Part shown: positions 53,301 to 63,389 of the stretch, piece by piece
Numbering within the stretch: the first letter of the stretch is position 1
How the letters are laid out: each line of letters begins with the position of its first letter
NCBI RefSeq assembly: GCF_023055435.1
Contig: NW_025963864.1
Location: 62,001-126,000, forward strand
Direction of reading: 5' to 3'
DNA length: 64,000 nt
Origin: Haliotis rufescens
Lineage: Eukaryota
The notes under the pieces: model-generated
Told to the model about the DNA's origin: nothing
Database searches by the model: none
Seen by the model: only the letters and a program-made list of their open reading frames with translations
Position numbers and translations under genes: made by a program

Positions 53301-53918
53301 ACTGTAAAGTTCGATTTGCTTTTCTTTTCTTTGATACCGGGATAATGGCGTTATGATTGCTTTGCTGAAATAGTAAATATCGTTTGTATAATGTACATGT
53401 ACCATGTTTGATTGTGCAAGATAATTATTGATCACTATTTAAAAATGTATATACAATGTAATATAAAATCTCCTCCGAAAATAGAACATGTTATCATAAC
53501 ACAATATGGTTCGAATTTCCAACGTTTTGCATTTGGTATGAAAGGTAATTAAGATTACATTTACAAATTATTGATGTTCATTGAACTCTTGATTACCATA
53601 TGATATTCTATCGCAAGTCATTAACATGTTTATGCTGTAGATGTTGTGTTAGCAAGGAGTAAACACGTTGTTGTTGTTGTTATTTTTCGATGGCGTTTCA
53701 ATCTCCAATTGTGTTTGTATAAGCGAAGGACTTAGTCACACATTCAGGGCTTTTACCGCTGTCCTTGATAGGACTATTCCCGATTAAAATTGAGTGAGTG
53801 GGTGAGTGAGTGAGTGAGTGAGTGAGTCAGTGAGTCAGTGAGTCAGTCAGTGAGTCAGTGAGGTTCCAGTAAAATCACATCGGAGACTCCAGAAAAATGC
53901 TGCACACATTCTTCCTAT

Positions 53919-55860
53919 TGTTACAGTGCATATGTTTCATTACACTTTTTATATTTTTAACAAATTAAACTTAAACTAGGAAATTCTAAAATTCGAAAGT
54001 CGCTAGACCAGTATTTCTCGTTTTTATCACCACTGGTCGGCCATGACGGCTGCTCCTTGGCAAGCTCATTCACGCGAACAGTAAATTACGTAATCATAGA
54101 TAAAGTCGGCGCGTACGTCCGCCCCGGCCCTTGTTCTCTTGATAAATGTTTTGTTACCAGCTGGCGCAGGTTTTGACCACCATCTTAAACTATAATTAAA
54201 ATAAACTCTTCTCAGGCAATACTGATACCATTCTATTACCACCTGCTTTTGTGTAGTCAACTTTGACAGCCCAGGGCAGATAACAGAGACCGAAATTACA
54301 ACTTCAAAGTAATTGTTAATGTGATAAGAGTAGAGCTGTGGGGGTATATAACTCCTTGGGTTTTGGTCCTCAGCACACTTGCTTGAATAAACCCTAAGGA
54401 CCTCACAGCTCTCTTCTCTCTTGTTTCAAGGTAAGAAACATTTAAATATTCTTATTTTATGACTAAACTTCTTATTTCATTGTTATTATTGTCTAGAAAA
54501 TGTTATAGTTAAGTTGAATCAGTACTGCCATATTGTAACTCTCAATCTACTGTGTACAAGTTCTAAATGACTGTTCATTATATATATTATTTACTGTTTA
54601 ATACACAGTAACTTCCCGGTGTTATTTGAAGTGTAATGCGTCGTGGGCTCCTCCAGTTTATGTGTCATTAATATGCGGCACCAATAGTTCTCTCCTATAT
54701 TTCGACATCCATAATTATATTCCCCTTCTATGTCTAACATCATCTGTTCAAAATGCCAGATGCATATACAGTTTATATTTCCGTGCAGTAGCGTAGCGTA
54801 CATGTAGCTTAGTCACAAAACGGTTCCTAGAGTTAACACAACTGTTTCAAGCGAGATTTATTACTAGGTTGGTTATTCCATACTTTCCGACAGTCCACCA
54901 ATCAAAGGTTATATGTGCAGCTTTACCTTCCGTGTGCGCTTACAGAATAGCCTATAACAACGCATTCCATATTTCTTAGGTTTTATCTTCATCAAGTAAG
55001 TATTTGAATATATTGTAAAGAGTCCCGTCCCTCATATAGTTGCATACGCTGCAACACAGCCTATACCACAATTTCATTACCGTAGTCATTTAAATACTGT
55101 TAAAGTCATCTTTTATACTTCATAATGACGTACATTCAAACGCGCACCGTTCAAGTATACAATTGCCGTATTAACTCCATTAGCTGTTATCGTCTAGCTC
55201 CGTATATATGTAGGAAATGCGCGTAGTCAATAGCAACATAGCCGCGGTGATTCATTACCGTAGTCACCAAAGTAATCACTACTAAAACTAATAATTACTC
55301 TAACTAAAACTGAGCTATATCTTCTACCGCGTACATTCGTATCTTTATTTGGATCAAGTATTTACTTTCTGTATTTGCCGAAATTATTATGTTGTGATAA
55401 TTATGACTGAAACTACAAATATTAATTTTTATCGTCTTTTCATAAGTAAATGTCATGTTCCTCATCAAAGCAGTTGGTGCAGTCTACCGTACATGCTCTA
55501 TTAAAATGTTACGACTTCTCAATTTGGCTTTTAAGAAATGTTATTTGGCATTACCGTTATTATACTTGTAAATACCGCATATGTTGTATAATGTTACCGT
55601 ACATACTCCAATATTAATTACATTGCTTTTATTATTATGCCTTTATGAGATGGACACTGTGTTAGCATATTATGATCATTATTATCATTGTATGTCACTA
55701 TTATATATAAATTGATGTAACTCGAATGATACGACACTTGCTTGAATAAACCCTAAGGACCTCACAGCTCTCTTCTCTCTTGTTTCAAGGCTAGCTCCCA
55801 ATAGCTAATTCCCCAAACCGAGGCCTGACAGTATTGGAATCCCAACAAGGCTGTCTTAAT
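53919..55860 (+). mobile_element. 5' LTR (~1.94 kb) of element 2
   Basis: TGTTACAG start shared with 63390. TATATAA 54345-54351. Ends before the TGG of the PBS. Confidence 0.85.
54375..55790 (+). repeat. 57-bp exact direct repeat (54375-54431 / 55734-55790) bracketing a predicted 1359-nt GT-AG intron (54431-55789)
   Basis: Identical copies containing AATAAA and CTCTCTTCTCTCTTGTTTCAAG. Copy 1 is followed by GTAAGA. A third copy plus donor lies in the 3' LTR at 63846-63907. Confidence 0.88.
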
Positions 55861-55871
55861 TGGTGGAGACG
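55861..55871 (+). promoter_or_regulatory. Primer-binding site, probably tRNA-Ala
   Basis: TGGTGGAGA is complementary to the ...UCUCCACCA 3' end typical of tRNA-Ala and lies upstream of gag. Confidence 0.6.
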
Positions 55872-56059
55872 TTCGATCCTCGGTGCCTGGAGCCAGCCTT
55901 GTGAACTACAAGTTGAGACTGTGACGTTACCTGTACCTGACTCCACACTACCACCACCACCTCCACAGCTTGACACCACACTATGCCTGCTGACACCATC
56001 GTCCCCTACAGAAGCAACAACACAGTCAGTCTCATCTTACCCAGCAACAACCCCCAGTA

Positions 56060-59000
56060 ATGGCACAGATACATCTCCCTAAATACACAGGTCAGCAGGA
56101 TGCTGAAAGTTGGTGGGCAGATTTCTACAACTTCAACTTCCTTCATGGTCACACAGACACCCAATCCTGTAGAATTCTACCCTTCTACCTGGACGGAGCT
56201 GCTAAAGTATGGTTCAGGGACCTCCCTGCGCACACACAGCTGGACATCCACTTGCTGAAAGCAGCCTTTCAGCAACGATTCCGAAGTTCGCCAGCTTTCA
56301 ATTTGAGTCTTCTTGACATGACACAGAAGAAACAGGAGGACGTTGGAGACTTCATCACCAGGGTCCAAGCATCTGCGTTACACTCCTGCTTACCACAATC
56401 TGTGATAGTAGCCATTGCAATCAATGGGCTACTCCCACAGATTAAGCAGTGGGTGTATATGAAGGAGCCATTGACCCTGGATGAGGTTCGTCACCATGCC
56501 CAACTGGCTGTACAATCGCAGGCCCCAAGCAAGGAAGAGGTCAGCTTGGTCCAACAAGTTGAGCAATTAACGAACTTGGTGACCATGCTGATCACTACAA
56601 ACAAGGTCTGTGCTGTACAATCAGCAACTCCCTCATCCCACCATCAGCAGCACGAGCCCCAGGTCCAGCAACAGCCACCCTCCCCATCACCAAGATACCA
56701 CCAGCAACCACAACAGGAACCATACCAACCACAAGAGGATCCATACCAGTCACCACAGCAGTACCAACCACCACAGGAACAATACCAACCACCACAGGAT
56801 CCATACCAGTCACCACAGGAACTATACCAGTCACCACAAGAACCATACCAACCACCACAGGAACCATACCAGTCACCACAGGAACCATACCAACCACCAC
56901 CACAGCAGTACCAACCACTACAACATCAATACCAGATACGGCAGGAACAATATCAACCACCACAGCACTATCAGCCACCACAGAAGGAGTATCCAGTTCC
57001 ACCACCTCAGCCCCACCACACAGCACATCAACAACAACAGACGCCATCCTTCTACCCGTACAGCTCCAGCAACAGTCAAAGTCTGCCAATTCCACAGCAC
57101 CTTCGAGGCAGATGTCGCGGATGTGGTGAGTTTTTTCGGTTCCCTCACAATTGCCCTCATAGAAATACAGTCTGTAATTATTGCTCACGCATAGGTCACC
57201 ATGCAAAGGTATGCATGCGCGCATACTATGCACAATATCAACAGCCACAGGGACTCATACCTGATACTCAGCGTTCTGGGGTCAGGCAAGAGTCAGCCTT
57301 TGTATCACTTGTTGCTCCCTTGACAAAGAACACTGTTCATGTCAAGGTTAAACAAGTGAGAACTACAGCTCTTGTTGACACAGGTGCATCAGTTAGCTGT
57401 GTCAGCATGGGCTACTTAAATAAAGTTGGCATCAAACCCTCTCATTTACACCCATCTCACCTAACTGAAATCATAGGTGTAGGTGGTGAAAAACATTCTG
57501 TGCTAGGTTCTGTCTCTCTTGACATTAACATAGGGCATATCTACCTCCCCCAAATCTTTCATGTCTTTCACAACTTACATCACTCTCTCATCTTAGGCAT
57601 TGACTTCCTTGAATTAAACAAAGTCACTATAGACCTGCCCTCAAAATGTCTTCACATACATGAAGGTCTTGTTTCAGTCTCTCTGGCATCAATCAATGGA
57701 GGCTACGCAAGACCATGCAAGTCTGTAATTATTCCTCCACACTCTCAAGCTGACATTCCCATCAAAATTTCTCATTGTCAACAAGGTCAAGTTTTTCTTC
57801 TTGAACCAGTTCCGGCATTAAATGACATGCAGCTCCAAGGTGCTAAGTGCCTTATAACCAACAATCCAAAATCAGCTTGCATGAGATTGCTTAATGCTAG
57901 TGACAGCCAGGTCACTTTATATTCAAAAACAGTGGTTGCTGTAGCCTCAGAGATTGACCCCACATCTGTCCTTGACCTTCCTGACACTTCTGATTCTGAT
58001 CCTCCTACTACTACAAGTGCTAACACAACACATTCACAGGACATTGACTTTGATATAAGTGATGCAGACCTCACACATGAACAACAAACACATTTACGTG
58101 CATTTCTCCAATCACAAAGGTCAGTTTTTGCCTCAGATTGGTCAGAATTAGGACACACCCACTTACATCAACACAGAATAGAAACAGGTGATGCCAGATC
58201 GATTAGACTCCCTTTTTACAGGCAAAACGCAGCCATAAGAAAAGAATGTTCAAGACAGGTGAAAGAAATGTTAGATGCCAATATCATTCAACCTTGTTCT
58301 TCTGAGTGGCACTCACCTGTTGTCATGGTTAAGAAACGTGACAGCTCTTACCGCTTTGCCGTAGATTATAGACGTCTCAATGCAGTTACTAAGCCTATAT
58401 TTTTTCCTCTGCCACGTTTTGAAGATGTCGTTGATGCCGTAGGTGACAGCCATGCCAAAATCTTTAGTGTGCTTGATTGTGCTAGTGGCTTTTGGCAAAT
58501 ACCACTCCACCCAGATACAAAACACAAGTCAGCCTTCATTACGCCTGATGGTGTTTTTGAATGGAATCGCCTTCCTTTCGGCCTCAAAAATGCTCCTATG
58601 GCATTTCAGCAAACCATTTCAGAGGCACTAAAAGAGATGAATTGGCGTTACATATTGATATATGTCGATGACATAATAATATTTTCTAAAACCTTTTCTG
58701 AACATCTGAATCACCTCAAGGCAGTATTCCAAAAGATCAGTGAAGCAGGCCTCACTCTAAAACCCAGCAAATGTAAATTCGCGACAAAACAAGTTACCTA
58801 CTTAGGGCATATCTTCAGTAAAGATGGCATCCATGTTGATCCTTCCAAAATAGATTCAGTCACACAGATTCCACCTCCTAAAAATGTCCATGACGTGCGC
58901 CATTTCCTAGGTTTGGCATCATATTATCGGAAATTTGTAGCAAACTTTTCGGGCATTGCCTCCCCTCTTTACAATCTTCTTAAAAAAGATGCATCTTTCG

Positions 59001-61885
59001 AATGGTCATACAATTGTCAACAGGCATTTGAAAAGCTAAAACATGCCCTTACAACTGCACCTATCCTCGCATACCCTGACCAAAACCAACCCTTCATCCT
59101 CACAACTGATGCATCACAAACTGCAATAGGGTACATCTTAGGCCAACTTGATCCTCAAGGTAGAGAACATGTAATATGTTATGGCGGCCGCTCTCTCCAT
59201 ACTGCTGAAAAGAATTGGGGTATCACACATCTAGAATGCCTGGCCGTCCTAGAAGGTATTAAAAACTTCAGGGTGTACCTTGCAAATGGATCATTTTCTG
59301 TTTACACAGACCACAAAGCTCTGACTTGGCTTAAGAAAACCAAACATGACTCTGGTCGCCTTAGTAGATGGTCCCTCATGCTGCAAGAGTATGATTTTGA
59401 GATCATACACAGGCCAGGCAAAGCCAACACAAATGCAGATGCCTTATCTCGCATTCCTCATGCAGAGCAAGTACATCAACCTAACACTGATGATATACCC
59501 TCCCCACCCATTTCAACAGAACCCATCTCATCAACCCTCACATATGAACAAGTAGCTGCCACTGCTTCATCTCCACTCTTACCCACTCCAACTTCACATT
59601 CGATGTCACCATCAAGCAGCCCCAAAGTGTCATTCCCTCATCACCAAGGCAACATGAGGCCTACTCCCTCGACTGCCACTTCTCACCATTATGCCAATCC
59701 CAATACAGGCAACATGAGGTTTACACCCTCGACTGCCACTTCTCGCCATTATGCAAATCCCAATGCAGGCAACATGAGGTCTACACCCTCGACTGCCACT
59801 TCTCACCATTATGCCAATCCCAATACAGGCAACAAGAGGTCTACACCCTCGACTGCCACTTCTCCCCATTATGCCAATCCCAATGCAGGCAACAAGAGGT
59901 CTACACCCTCGACTGCCTCTTCTCTCCATTATGCCAATCCCAATACAGGCAACAAGAGGTCTACACCCTCGACTGCCACTTCTCACCATTATGCCAATCC
60001 CAATACAGGCAACAAGAGGTCTACACCCTCGACTGCCCATTCTTCCCATTATGCCAATCCCAATACAGGCAAAAAGAGGTCTACACCCTCGACTGCTCAT
60101 TCTTGCCATTACGCCAATCCCAATGCAGGCAACATGAGGCCTACACCCTCGACTGCCTCTTCTCTCCAACATGCTTATTCTCACTCAGCCAACAAGAGGT
60201 CTACACCTTCAACTTCCTTCACTCGCCAATATGCTTATTCAAAAGCAGGCAATATGAGGTCTACACCCTCAACAGCCTTATCTCACAAACCAGCCAGCCA
60301 TGCTCATCCAAGTCCCATGCCACCTACTGACAAGAAGACAAATAAGTCGGTCACCATTGCTACAAAATCCTCCAACAACAGTGTCCACACCAAACTACCA
60401 TTCATGTCTCGTCCCTCCAGCCAACTGAGGTCTTCTTCCTCTTCAACCAAATCATGCTCATCTCCACAAAACAACTTTCCAAAGCATACAAACATTGACA
60501 ATGACACTCTTGACTCACACAGTGTCTCATCAGAAGATATCAGTAGAGATGACATAACATCCTCTATATCTGTAGACTTTGTCTACAAGTCGGGTCCTCA
60601 CGATCCTCCTTCAGGCCCTATGGTCTTTGCTATAGGAACTGATCTTGATGATAAAGACTTGGCAGAAAAGCAACGTAAATCCCCTGACCTTTGTCCAATC
60701 ATGGACTACATTGAAAAAGGTGAAATTCCTTCCACCTATACAGATGTTCAAGTCAAGGGTCTAACTGGCCTTGCTCAAGAGTATGACATACGTGATGGTA
60801 TTCTGTACCACTTCTATCATGCAAAGCATCGAGGTCAGAAAAACAATCGCCCTCCTATGGTAACACAGCTAGCTGTCCCTGTCTGCTGTCGCAAAGAGCT
60901 TCTTTTTGCCTACCATGATTCCAAAGCTGGTGGTTGCCACTTTGGACGAGATGCCACTCGTCAGACAATACTCACAAAGTATTACTGGCCAGGCTTATAC
61001 CAGGATATTGAGAATTATGTCAAGTCCTGTGATGACTGCCAACGCTCCAAAAGAAGGACAAATGCTAAGCCAGCACCAATGGTGCCCATGCCTATTGAGG
61101 ACACATTCTCTCGTCTCCATGTTGACATCCTCGGGCCATTGCCTGAGACTAAGGAAGGTTATAAGTATGTTCTCCTTGCAGTTGATTCCTTCTCACGCTG
61201 GACAGAAGGTTTCCCTATGCGCACTCAAGAAGCCTCCGAGGTTGCATCAATCCTGTTCACTGAGGTTTTCTCACGGTTTGGTGCTCCCCGTACTCTTCTT
61301 ACTGACAGAGGTAGGCAGTTCACTTCCAAGCTAGTAAATGCTCTCTGTGAACTCCTCGATATCAAGCACTACTACACTTCGTCCTACCACCCCCAGACTA
61401 ATGGGATGTGTGAAAGGAGGAACAGTGTCATAGAGCAGGCTCTCCGAACATATGCTGACCCTGATCAGACCAATTGGGCCAAACTCATTCCATGTGTTAT
61501 GATGGCCATGCGCAATGTACCTTGTCAATCTACAGGGTATTCACCACACTACCTTCTGTTTGGAAAGGAAATGAATCTTCCTTTTGACACAACCTTGCTG
61601 CCTAAATCTACCCTCGGCAAAGATGCACAGGGTCATCTTCAAGATCTCTTGAAAAATCTGAATGTTGCAAAATCCCTTGCAAAGGACAACATGTCTGCTG
61701 CTCAGGATAAAAGCAAGAATCTTCAGGATATCAGAGCCAAGGAACCTTCATTTGCAGTTGGTGATCAGGTTCTCATGACTGATCCAACTGTCAAAACTGG
61801 CCTTTCCCCCAAACTGTCAAAGAAATGGACCTTACAGAATCATTCGCATCGGTCTAAACCATACATTCAAACTACTGAACACTAA
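56060..61885 (+). CDS. Gag-Pol polyprotein (gag, CCHC, protease, RT, RNase H, integrase); C-terminus frameshifted near 61827
   Basis: CNYCSRIGHHAKVC zinc knuckle; ALVDTGAS protease; RLPFGLKNAP/YVDD RT; TTDAS...TDHKAL RNase H; HHCC and D,D,E integrase (HVDILGP, TDRGRQF, YHPQTNGMCER) in Ty3/Gypsy order. Confidence 0.97.
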   Translation: MAQIHLPKYTGQQDAESWWADFYNFNFLHGHTDTQSCRILPFYLDGAAKVWFRDLPAHTQLDIHLLKAAFQQRFRSSPAFNLSLLDMTQKKQEDVGDFITRVQASALHSCLPQSVIVAIAINGLLPQIKQWVYMKEPLTLDEVRHHAQLAVQSQAPSKEEVSLVQQVEQLTNLVTMLITTNKVCAVQSATPSSHHQQHEPQVQQQPPSPSPRYHQQPQQEPYQPQEDPYQSPQQYQPPQEQYQPPQDPYQSPQELYQSPQEPYQPPQEPYQSPQEPYQPPPQQYQPLQHQYQIRQEQYQPPQHYQPPQKEYPVPPPQPHHTAHQQQQTPSFYPYSSSNSQSLPIPQHLRGRCRGCGEFFRFPHNCPHRNTVCNYCSRIGHHAKVCMRAYYAQYQQPQGLIPDTQRSGVRQESAFVSLVAPLTKNTVHVKVKQVRTTALVDTGASVSCVSMGYLNKVGIKPSHLHPSHLTEIIGVGGEKHSVLGSVSLDINIGHIYLPQIFHVFHNLHHSLILGIDFLELNKVTIDLPSKCLHIHEGLVSVSLASINGGYARPCKSVIIPPHSQADIPIKISHCQQGQVFLLEPVPALNDMQLQGAKCLITNNPKSACMRLLNASDSQVTLYSKTVVAVASEIDPTSVLDLPDTSDSDPPTTTSANTTHSQDIDFDISDADLTHEQQTHLRAFLQSQRSVFASDWSELGHTHLHQHRIETGDARSIRLPFYRQNAAIRKECSRQVKEMLDANIIQPCSSEWHSPVVMVKKRDSSYRFAVDYRRLNAVTKPIFFPLPRFEDVVDAVGDSHAKIFSVLDCASGFWQIPLHPDTKHKSAFITPDGVFEWNRLPFGLKNAPMAFQQTISEALKEMNWRYILIYVDDIIIFSKTFSEHLNHLKAVFQKISEAGLTLKPSKCKFATKQVTYLGHIFSKDGIHVDPSKIDSVTQIPPPKNVHDVRHFLGLASYYRKFVANFSGIASPLYNLLKKDASFEWSYNCQQAFEKLKHALTTAPILAYPDQNQPFILTTDASQTAIGYILGQLDPQGREHVICYGGRSLHTAEKNWGITHLECLAVLEGIKNFRVYLANGSFSVYTDHKALTWLKKTKHDSGRLSRWSLMLQEYDFEIIHRPGKANTNADALSRIPHAEQVHQPNTDDIPSPPISTEPISSTLTYEQVAATASSPLLPTPTSHSMSPSSSPKVSFPHHQGNMRPTPSTATSHHYANPNTGNMRFTPSTATSRHYANPNAGNMRSTPSTATSHHYANPNTGNKRSTPSTATSPHYANPNAGNKRSTPSTASSLHYANPNTGNKRSTPSTATSHHYANPNTGNKRSTPSTAHSSHYANPNTGKKRSTPSTAHSCHYANPNAGNMRPTPSTASSLQHAYSHSANKRSTPSTSFTRQYAYSKAGNMRSTPSTALSHKPASHAHPSPMPPTDKKTNKSVTIATKSSNNSVHTKLPFMSRPSSQLRSSSSSTKSCSSPQNNFPKHTNIDNDTLDSHSVSSEDISRDDITSSISVDFVYKSGPHDPPSGPMVFAIGTDLDDKDLAEKQRKSPDLCPIMDYIEKGEIPSTYTDVQVKGLTGLAQEYDIRDGILYHFYHAKHRGQKNNRPPMVTQLAVPVCCRKELLFAYHDSKAGGCHFGRDATRQTILTKYYWPGLYQDIENYVKSCDDCQRSKRRTNAKPAPMVPMPIEDTFSRLHVDILGPLPETKEGYKYVLLAVDSFSRWTEGFPMRTQEASEVASILFTEVFSRFGAPRTLLTDRGRQFTSKLVNALCELLDIKHYYTSSYHPQTNGMCERRNSVIEQALRTYADPDQTNWAKLIPCVMMAMRNVPCQSTGYSPHYLLFGKEMNLPFDTTLLPKSTLGKDAQGHLQDLLKNLNVAKSLAKDNMSAAQDKSKNLQDIRAKEPSFAVGDQVLMTDPTVKTGLSPKLSKKWTLQNHSHRSKPYIQTTEH
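59646..60275 (+). repeat. 60-bp in-frame tandem repeat (~10 copies) between RNase H and integrase
   Basis: Encodes GN(K/M)RSTPSTATSHHYANPNT-like 20-mers. Confidence 0.95.
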
Positions 61886-62417
61886 CACAAACAAAGAACA
61901 TAAATCCTTCATTCATGCCAACAGACTTAAAACTTATACACCTCCAACCCCTCGAAGACAACATGCACAACCAGCTCAGCATCTAGCAACACCCACTCAG
62001 TCGACGGCCTCCCAGCCCGACAATCCTCGTAGAGAAGCCTCACAAACAGCCCAGCATCAATCAAATCCAACTCAGTCAACATCCTCCCATCCTGACAACC
62101 CTACCACAACACAGCACACTTCCGTAGAGCATCCCATTATGATACCTCACCACTCGTCTGATAACTCTGACAATATTCCACAGAGTCCCACATCATCTGC
62201 CCAACCAGATGATCAACTTTATGCTGTAAAACGCATACACAAAGCTAAAAAGAAGTCAGGAGTAACTCATTACCTAATTGAATGGGAAGGTTACCCCCAA
62301 CGCACCTGGGAACCTGCCTCCAACCTTAGTGCAGAAATGATAAGTGATTACCATACATTTAGAACAGGATCTGGTCACAGACGGAAACGGAAACACAGAT
62401 ATTTTGCAAAATCATAG
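61827..62417 (+). CDS. Out-of-frame integrase C-terminus: GPY/F motif, linker and chromodomain
   Basis: Open frame from 61827: GPYRIIRIG...FIHANRLK...LYAVKRIHKAKKKSGVTHYLIEWEGYPQRTWEPASNL. Confidence 0.85.
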   Translation, partial: GPYRIIRIGLNHTFKLLNTNTNKEHKSFIHANRLKTYTPPTPRRQHAQPAQHLATPTQSTASQPDNPRREASQTAQHQSNPTQSTSSHPDNPTTTQHTSVEHPIMIPHHSSDNSDNIPQSPTSSAQPDDQLYAVKRIHKAKKKSGVTHYLIEWEGYPQRTWEPASNLSAEMISDYHTFRTGSGHRRKRKHRYFAKS

Positions 62418-63351
62418 GTCTTGACCTTCCATGCTATTCCTCCTGGCAACAAGTCATCATTTGTCAAGGTAGATGAGCTCTGACCACCCCCTACAGGTAA
62501 TCAAATTGCCTTGTGTTCTATAAGTGCTACGCAGTGAAATGTTGTGGCCACAATCTTCCTGCATCAATGGTCATCCCATCTGACTTGTACTTTGGTTTCT
62601 TTTTGTCTTTGGTCCATCATGGAGAGTCCCTATCCTTGAGTTCGGCTGATATTCGTGCCTCCTGTCCTGAGTGACCTTGCTTTGCCTCCAATACCTAACT
62701 AAGATACGTACACGTCAACTACCGTTAATCTCTCGTTGTCATCACCACCTTAACGGACTACAATGTCTCCACTCGTTAGGAATCTTGGCTGTTCCTTTGG
62801 CAGCATTTCTCATCCTTGTCTCAAAATCTCAACTGTCTTCTCCAAGACTTGAGTGTGCCACAATTCCAATTCTTCCACTCACTCTGTGTCCTTCCCATTT
62901 GCACATCCAACCTCCTTCTGGTGCCTCACTTCCCACACATTCACAAACTCTTTAAGCACCCCTTTGCCACCTATATCCTAATATTTCACCACGGATACTT
63001 TCAAGTCGTAGACCTAGCGTGATGTCAAATGTTTGACAGTGTAAGGGCAAATTGTTGGGGAACGCTAAAAACTCCCTCATCACACAACAACCTTTCCTCA
63101 TATTATGTATGTTCTTGTTAACCGGTTTCCTTTTCACAGAAATGCTTGTTCATTACTTCAAATTGTCATTTTTCTTGTAGTTTAATATGTAGGTATGTTT
63201 CAGAATCTTTGTAATGGAAATCGTGTGCCTTATGTTTTCAACTGATCAAACTATCTTCATGCAAACATTTGTTCATGTCCAACGTAATCTATTGTATCAT
63301 TGTATTCTGATTAACTATGTATATTCGCTTCATTTTAATCCTTTTCTTTTG

Positions 63352-63389
63352 GCTTTTGAGGACAAAAGCTCCATGACGCACAGGGGTAT
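63352..63389 (+). promoter_or_regulatory. Pre-PPT hairpin plus PPT of element 2
   Basis: GCTTTTGAGGACAAAAGC then CAGGGGTAT|TGTTAC. Confidence 0.75.

Noticed and set aside
54431-55789. Nested insertion with target-site duplication as the explanation for the LTR internal repeat
   Set aside because: 57- and 82-bp duplications are far longer than known TSDs, the donor-side sequence is in both LTRs, and the same TSS-to-splice-site boundaries occur in two unrelated elements.
62420-63000. Possible antisense or extra ORF in the element 2 3' region (purine-rich minus strand)
   Set aside because: The frames I translated are interrupted by stops and show no recognisable motif.
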